Shown here: piece after piece, positions 58,348 through 64,000 of the stretch | Numbering within the stretch: position 1 is the first letter of the stretch | Layout of the letters: each line of letters starts with the position of its first letter | Assembly (NCBI GenBank): GCA_016187125.1 | Contig: JACPKF010000001.1 | Span: 169,653 to 233,652, forward strand | Length of the DNA: 64,000 bases | Direction: 5' to 3' | Origin: Candidatus Saccharimonadota bacterium | Lineage (GTDB): Bacteria > Patescibacteriota > Saccharimonadia > Saccharimonadales > UBA10212 | Program-made: the position numbers and the translations under genes | Notes under the pieces: model-generated | Told to the model about the DNA's origin: nothing | Seen by the model: the letters and a program-made list of their open reading frames with translations, nothing else | Databases searched by the model: none

Positions 58348-58744
58348 AAGTTTTAGTCCGCAGCTAAAAAAATATCTGTTCATTGGTGTTAGCGTATACG
58401 TATTTGAGCTTGCAGTAATAGTCGTGGCTCAAACTCTGGGAGCCAGCGCCGTTTTGGCAGTGGGCTTGAGTTTTTGGCTTGGTCTAATAGTTTCGTTCTT
58501 TTTGCAAAAATTAGTTACTTTTGGCGATAAGCGCATGCATCATAAAATTCTGATCCCCCAAGTTATTGCTTTTAGCCTACTGGTTATTTTTAATTTTGGA
58601 TTCACGGTCTTAGTGACGAAGCTACTGGCCAGTTTTGTCCCAGCTGTAGCTACCAGGACCTTAGCCTTGGGCGTTACAACTTTATGGAATTTTTATCTTT
58701 ACAAAACTCGGATTTTTAAGACGGACGAAAAACTTTTGTTTTAG
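58310..58744 (+). CDS. GtrA family flippase-like protein
   Basis: Four TMs; SFFLQKLVTF and WNFYLYKTRIF. Confidence 0.88.
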   Translation: MTMKIQQASEKFKSFSPQLKKYLFIGVSVYVFELAVIVVAQTLGASAVLAVGLSFWLGLIVSFFLQKLVTFGDKRMHHKILIPQVIAFSLLVIFNFGFTVLVTKLLASFVPAVATRTLALGVTTLWNFYLYKTRIFKTDEKLLF

Positions 58745-58809
58745 AAGTAGCTATATTAAAGAGCTGTGACTAAGTACAATGATTAAGATAAATAAGGCAT
58801 ATATACTCA

Positions 58810-61416
58810 ATGTGGTATAAAAAACTGACTAATTTTATCTCCCAGAACTTTCCGTCTTTTACAAATCGCGTCAATGAATTTAAACAAACCATAAACACAC
58901 CTGATTTCGCTAGAAGATATGCTATTTTTTCGGTGGTCATTTTACTGGGGACGAGCTTTGTTTGGGCTTTACTGGCAGCAAGTTTGCAACGTGGCAACGC
59001 CGACCAATCAATTAACTCTTATCTTTTTGATAGCTCCGCCACGTTTAACGAGGCCACTTTACCGGCAGCTCATAGTTTTTTAATCAAATGGCCGCTGTTC
59101 TTCTTCCTACATCTGTTTGGTGTTTCTGGCTTTAGCCTGGCCTTTTTTACAGTTCTAACGGTTTTGATCACGGTGTCGGTTTTGGCGCTAATTATCCGCA
59201 AAATTGAGTCTCGTCCCCTATATTTTGGCACGATTTGTCTAGCTTTGGCCTCAGTACTTTTATTAGTCCCCGCCCAGCCTTACGCCGGGGGCCTATTGCC
59301 AGTCAATATGGCCATGATTGCTACGCGCAATCTAGAGTACGTGCTATATATCGCCAGCCTGATTGTTCTGATAAAATCCCCGCGCCTAAAAAGCATCAGT
59401 TTTTGGCTGGCTACGTCTTTTTTAGCTCTGCTGATCGCCAGCGATAAATTGTTTTTAAGCTTGAGTCTCGGTGGGGCAATTTTAGCGCTACTGGCTTACA
59501 GATTTAGCAGTCAGCGCTTGCTGGCCAAACTATCTGCCAAATGGTTGATGTCCGGATTAATAGCCACAGCTGCAGCCGGAACTATACTTTGGGGACTCAA
59601 CAAATTCGGCGTAACTCACATTGCTAACCAGACTGGGCTTGGTCCATACTCTTTATTTCACGGCTTCCATAACCTAGGCCTTGGAATCATCTACGCTTTT
59701 TTAGGACTGCTGACCAATTTTGGAGCTAACCCGGCCTTTGATGCCACCATTTTTAGAAATGTTCCTACTCAGCTGCAGGCCCGGTTAGTGGATGTAGGTG
59801 GGCCAGCCTTTTTAATAAATGCCGCGATTTTCGTGGTTGGACTTTTCTTGGTCCTACGTCTAATACTGAACAGCCTGAATCAAACAACCCAACGCGACAA
59901 GCCAGAGCCAGACCAATCACTTAAACTATCCTTGCTTTTAATCTGGACGTCCGTGGCAGCTATGGTCGTCTTTGTCTTGACTAATCATTATTACGCCGTT
60001 GACGCCCGATATTTAACCATAACCTTATTCACGCTTTTTATAGCTGGCGCAGCTTATCTGCGCCAAACAGTCTTGCGGCCCAAGATGCTGGTAGCCGCCG
60101 GCATGGTTATGAGCCTCGGCATTATACTTGGTATAACTGTGCTGGCCAGAACCTATGACGCCGGCAAAGACGCACTGAGTGAGACGACTAAGCGCAACTT
60201 GCTGGTAGCTCAAGCTTTATCTCATCACTCGGTGAATACTTTAGTAGGTGATTATTGGCGAGTCATTCCAACCAGGCTGGCATCTAAAAACCGTATCAAT
60301 GTCATGCCGCTGGCCGCCTGCACCAAACCGCGTGATAGCTTGACCACTTTGGCTTGGCAACCCGACCTTAAAACCACCAGCTTTGCTTATTTGCTTTCTT
60401 TGGACAAGAGCCTGACCGATTATCCCCATTGCACATTGGATCAAGTGGTTGCTGCCTACGGACGACCCAATAGCAGCACCCTAATTGCCGGTAGCTTAGA
60501 GAACCCGAAAGAATTGGTACTTTTTTATGATAAAGGCATCAACAAAACTTCCCCAAGGTCCAGTCAAGCTCAACAGGCCCCCAGTACCGTTCTGCCGACT
60601 TCCTTAGATAAATTAGCGAATGTCCATTGCGACGGTCCAACTATTATGAATATCGTCGCTCATCAAGATGACGACTTGCTGTTTATGAATCCGGACTTGC
60701 TCCATGAAGTTAAGACTGGAAATTGTATACGAACCATTTACATTACCGCCGGTGATGCCGGCTCTGGCGAGTTTTATTGGCTGTCTCGCGAGCAAGGATC
60801 AGAATCGGCCTATTCAAAAATGCTAAATTACAGCGGCGTTTGGATAAAAAGAATTGTCAAAATAGCCGACAACCAATTTATTCGAGTCGATAACCCCAAA
60901 GGCAACTCTAAAGTCAGCCTGATTTTTTTACGTCTGCCGGATGGTAACACTAGAGGCCAGGGTTTCAAAGTCAATAACTTTGAAAGTCTAGAAAAACTGC
61001 AAAACGGCAAAATTTCAGTCATGTATACGGTGGGCCATCAGTCATTTTATAGTTATCAACAGCTTGAGCATGCCATCGTAGCACTCATGCAAACCTACAA
61101 GCCAACCGAAATCCATACTCAGGCTAATTACATCAGTAAAAAGTTCCCCGACCACAGCGACCATATGGCAGTTGGGTATCTAGCCCGCCAAGCCTGGGAA
61201 CAATATGATATCCGAGTGCCTATTAAGTTCTATATCGGTTATCCGATATATGAAAATCCGGTCAACGTCTCGGACCAAGATCTGCAGGATAAACAGGCTG
61301 CCTTTTTTGCTTACGGCCAGTTTGATTCGGGCGTCTGTGATTCCGTTGCTAGTTGTGATAAATCAAAGACCAGCTATGGTGCCTATCTGCCTCGTCAATA
61401 CACGGTTAATGAATAA
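58810..61416 (+). CDS. Polytopic membrane protein fused to a PIG-L/LmbE-family deacetylase
   Basis: About 12 TMs, then VAHQDDD, ITAGDAG, RLPDG and DHSDH motifs. Confidence 0.82.
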   Translation: MWYKKLTNFISQNFPSFTNRVNEFKQTINTPDFARRYAIFSVVILLGTSFVWALLAASLQRGNADQSINSYLFDSSATFNEATLPAAHSFLIKWPLFFFLHLFGVSGFSLAFFTVLTVLITVSVLALIIRKIESRPLYFGTICLALASVLLLVPAQPYAGGLLPVNMAMIATRNLEYVLYIASLIVLIKSPRLKSISFWLATSFLALLIASDKLFLSLSLGGAILALLAYRFSSQRLLAKLSAKWLMSGLIATAAAGTILWGLNKFGVTHIANQTGLGPYSLFHGFHNLGLGIIYAFLGLLTNFGANPAFDATIFRNVPTQLQARLVDVGGPAFLINAAIFVVGLFLVLRLILNSLNQTTQRDKPEPDQSLKLSLLLIWTSVAAMVVFVLTNHYYAVDARYLTITLFTLFIAGAAYLRQTVLRPKMLVAAGMVMSLGIILGITVLARTYDAGKDALSETTKRNLLVAQALSHHSVNTLVGDYWRVIPTRLASKNRINVMPLAACTKPRDSLTTLAWQPDLKTTSFAYLLSLDKSLTDYPHCTLDQVVAAYGRPNSSTLIAGSLENPKELVLFYDKGINKTSPRSSQAQQAPSTVLPTSLDKLANVHCDGPTIMNIVAHQDDDLLFMNPDLLHEVKTGNCIRTIYITAGDAGSGEFYWLSREQGSESAYSKMLNYSGVWIKRIVKIADNQFIRVDNPKGNSKVSLIFLRLPDGNTRGQGFKVNNFESLEKLQNGKISVMYTVGHQSFYSYQQLEHAIVALMQTYKPTEIHTQANYISKKFPDHSDHMAVGYLARQAWEQYDIRVPIKFYIGYPIYENPVNVSDQDLQDKQAAFFAYGQFDSGVCDSVASCDKSKTSYGAYLPRQYTVNE

Positions 61417-61419
61417 AGT

Positions 61420-62583
61420 TTAAAATTGTTTTAGATAATTAGTATTAAAACTGGTGGTAAGTTTTTGCTTGGTTGCCCAGCGCTCCTCGGCTAGTTCAAT
61501 GAGTTTAGATACAAGATCAACATTAGAAATGCCGGCCTGGCGCCAGTTGTGGGCATATAAACCACCGGGCAGGGGGTTAACTTCGTTAAAATAAACTTTA
61601 CCGGCTTTGGTATCAATCAACATATCCACTCTAGCTATGCCGCTGCAGCCTAAGGCTCGATAAACCTTTAAGCCCATTTCCTCAGCTTTCTGGTAAAGGT
61701 CTTTGGGTAGGGGTGCTGGAATCTCGCTATACCCCTGGGACCCTTTTGTGCCCCCACCTTTACCACCTTTTTTGCCACCTTTCATGTACTTATATTCAAA
61801 ATCGAAATAATCTTCAGGTTTAGTTAATGGATGTTCGAGAAGCGCTGGGGTCAGCTTGTCATTACCGATAATAGGCAGAGTGACTTCAACGAGATTCGAT
61901 ACCCCTTCTTCAACGATCACCTTATCATCATAATGGGCTGCAACCTCAAGTGCATTCATTAGCTCGCCCTCTTTTTCAACTTTTGAAATACCAATACTCG
62001 AACCAAGATGGGCCGGTTTTACAAACAAGGGGTATTTGAGACTCTTGGCCTTACTCAAGACTTTTGTGTGATTTTCAACCAGTTCTTTAGCCTCAAACCA
62101 GACCCAGGGAGTGCTGGCAATCCCTGATGCCTCGGCAACCTGTTTGGCTAACACTTTGTCCATAGCAATGGCGCTGGCTGTCATATCACAACCCACAAAC
62201 GCTACATTGGCCATTTGCAGCAGGCCCATAAGCTCGCCATCTTCGCCGTGCGTACCGTGCATGGCTGGAAAAACCACATTGATTTTACGGTATATCTTGC
62301 GACCGGCAAATTGGCTAGACTTGACTAAACTTAACTCATTATCAAATAACAAATGGACCTTGGGAGCTTTAACTCTAAAATCGTCTATTTCACCGCTTTG
62401 GTAAATAGAAATGTCTTTTAGTTTATCGTCCCAGTACCAAGAGCCGTCCTTGGCAATATACACGGCTTCAACGCGATATTCTTTGGTAAGTTCCAGTGGT
62501 TTAATAACTGATGCCAGGGCCGTGACAATCGAAACATCATGCTCGGTTGATTGTCCACCAAAAATAACCGCGACTGTTTTCAC
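61420..62583 (-). CDS. ddl: D-alanine--D-alanine ligase
   Basis: GGQSTEHDVS, HGTHGEDG, GSSIGI and NEVNPLPG motifs. Confidence 0.96.
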   Translation of the reverse strand: MKTVAVIFGGQSTEHDVSIVTALASVIKPLELTKEYRVEAVYIAKDGSWYWDDKLKDISIYQSGEIDDFRVKAPKVHLLFDNELSLVKSSQFAGRKIYRKINVVFPAMHGTHGEDGELMGLLQMANVAFVGCDMTASAIAMDKVLAKQVAEASGIASTPWVWFEAKELVENHTKVLSKAKSLKYPLFVKPAHLGSSIGISKVEKEGELMNALEVAAHYDDKVIVEEGVSNLVEVTLPIIGNDKLTPALLEHPLTKPEDYFDFEYKYMKGGKKGGKGGGTKGSQGYSEIPAPLPKDLYQKAEEMGLKVYRALGCSGIARVDMLIDTKAGKVYFNEVNPLPGGLYAHNWRQAGISNVDLVSKLIELAEERWATKQKLTTSFNTNYLKQF

Positions 62584-62608
62584 GTTTTAATTATACAGTT
62601 AGGGTTAA

Positions 62609-64000
62609 TTATTGGTAATTATCTGGCCAGTCGTTTTGCAGTAAAATCAGGTCGCCGGCAGCCACAAATTGATCCAAATGATTATAAAAATTTAGCGGGT
62701 CTTCCTCGATAACCAGTTGCCCTTCGTAGCCCTTGTCCCTAATGCCAGCAGTAATCCAGTCGGTCACCGAATGTTTCATTAGTACTACCAAATCAGGCTT
62801 GGCTTCAGCAATAGCCGCGCCGAGACGATGATGAATCGTAGAGCTCTCTTTGCCTTGGTCAACCAGACCCGGCGTGACGTAAATTTTACGCTTAGCCGGC
62901 AGTACTTTTAGCAACTTGAGTCCGGCTAACATACCCTCAATATTGCCATTATATGTATCGTCAATGATCCAAGCGCCCCCAGCCTCCCTGGGTTGCATAC
63001 GATTCTCGAAGGGCTGAATTCTGGCAATTCCTTCTTCGATTTGTTTCTTAGTAAATCCCAAACTGGAGGCTATGGATGCTGCGGCGGCCAACGGGCCAAC
63101 TTGGTGCTCGCCCAAAAGATGGCTATTTATTTGCAGACTCGCACCAGACTTTACCATCTTAAAGCTTAGGCCACTGATACTGACTTTTATATCCGATATT
63201 TTCCAGTCAGCCACTTCTTTCTGGCTGTAGATAAGATGACCTTTTTTAACAAACGGCAAAAGCTGCTTACTTTCGCCGTTAACATAAACATTCTTATTAC
63301 CCAAAAAATCTGCCAAAGAAAATATATCTTCGCCGGCTCTTTGAAGGGTTTTGTATTTATCTAAATGAGCCGGCGCTAGTCCGGTAATAACGCCGATGTC
63401 CGGTTTTGTTGTCCTGCAAAAATTTGCCACATCACCAGGGGTACCCTCCCCAAATTCGATTATCAATACTTCCTCATCGCCTTTTAGACTCCTGGCAAAT
63501 TGGGCGTGGCTAATCGCCACGTTCTTGTTGGCCACAGTGGCGGCGACTTTTTTGCCTTCGTTAAGAACTGTAGCCAGAATTTCTTTCATAGTAGTTTTGC
63601 CATAACTGCCAGCCACGGCAATTTTAGTCCCTGGATGATCTGCAAAAGACTGAGCCGAATGACGAATTTGGAGTAAGTTGTAGGGATTAATAATTATCCA
63701 TCTGCCCAGCAAGAGAGGAATTATTATTAAATGTCCCCAGACTATGGGCGCTATAATTATGAGAGTTAAGGCTAATTGGGCCAGTGGATAACTGTGTGAA
63801 TCAGTTGCCCAAATCAGAAACACAACCCCGGCGGCGTACTGCAATAGTAGGCCTGTCTGCATTGCGAGTAGTAGCCAGCGGGCCGGGCCTGTCATAACTA
63901 ATTGGCGTCGATGCATGACGCGACTAAAGTCGCTAGTTCGCCAGAACCATTTTAGATAAGGCAGAAGTTGGTACTCTGTGGCCTGGAGCATGTAGACAAT
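62609..64000 (-). CDS. murF: UDP-MurNAc-tripeptide--D-Ala-D-Ala ligase (5' end outside the window)
   Basis: AGSYGKTT, IIDDTYNGN and LQNDWPDNY motifs; upstream of ddl. Confidence 0.9.
   Translation of the reverse strand: MVYMLQATEYQLLPYLKWFWRTSDFSRVMHRRQLVMTGPARWLLLAMQTGLLLQYAAGVVFLIWATDSHSYPLAQLALTLIIIAPIVWGHLIIIPLLLGRWIIINPYNLLQIRHSAQSFADHPGTKIAVAGSYGKTTMKEILATVLNEGKKVAATVANKNVAISHAQFARSLKGDEEVLIIEFGEGTPGDVANFCRTTKPDIGVITGLAPAHLDKYKTLQRAGEDIFSLADFLGNKNVYVNGESKQLLPFVKKGHLIYSQKEVADWKISDIKVSISGLSFKMVKSGASLQINSHLLGEHQVGPLAAAASIASSLGFTKKQIEEGIARIQPFENRMQPREAGGAWIIDDTYNGNIEGMLAGLKLLKVLPAKRKIYVTPGLVDQGKESSTIHHRLGAAIAEAKPDLVVLMKHSVTDWITAGIRDKGYEGQLVIEEDPLNFYNHLDQFVAAGDLILLQNDWPDNYQ

Overview
A 64-kb chromosomal window, most likely from a Patescibacteria/CPR bacterium (Saccharibacteria-like, judged from the L32, KhpA, NusB and RNase III sequences and their order). 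Core genes sit at the ends: atpD-atpC on the left, and trmD-khpA-rpsP-rnc-nusB-rpmF, leuS, ddl and murF on the right. Between them is a biosynthetic block that is unusually rich for this lineage: de novo purine genes (purL/M/E/C/B/D/N/F), pyrE/F/D, prs, ATP-citrate lyase, aspartate aminotransferase (with an in-frame TGA), archaeal-type PEP carboxylase, an aspartate-to-threonine pathway lacking thrB, ilvB and a trehalose module. The main non-coding signals are: (1) a stack of accessory genes between convergent purB and purD, each bracketed by a displaced, diverged copy of the 3' end of purB or purD; (2) a small ribbon-helix-helix-like gene beside 19 tandem 8-bp TGACGTCA-like boxes in six clusters; (3) two related perfect palindromes in purine promoter regions; (4) two leader-peptide attenuators; (5) a three-copy tRNA-3'-end-like repeat around the trehalose genes; and (6) many palindromic and heptamer elements inserted in frame in housekeeping proteins. 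All calls are from reading the sequence; no database searches were run.
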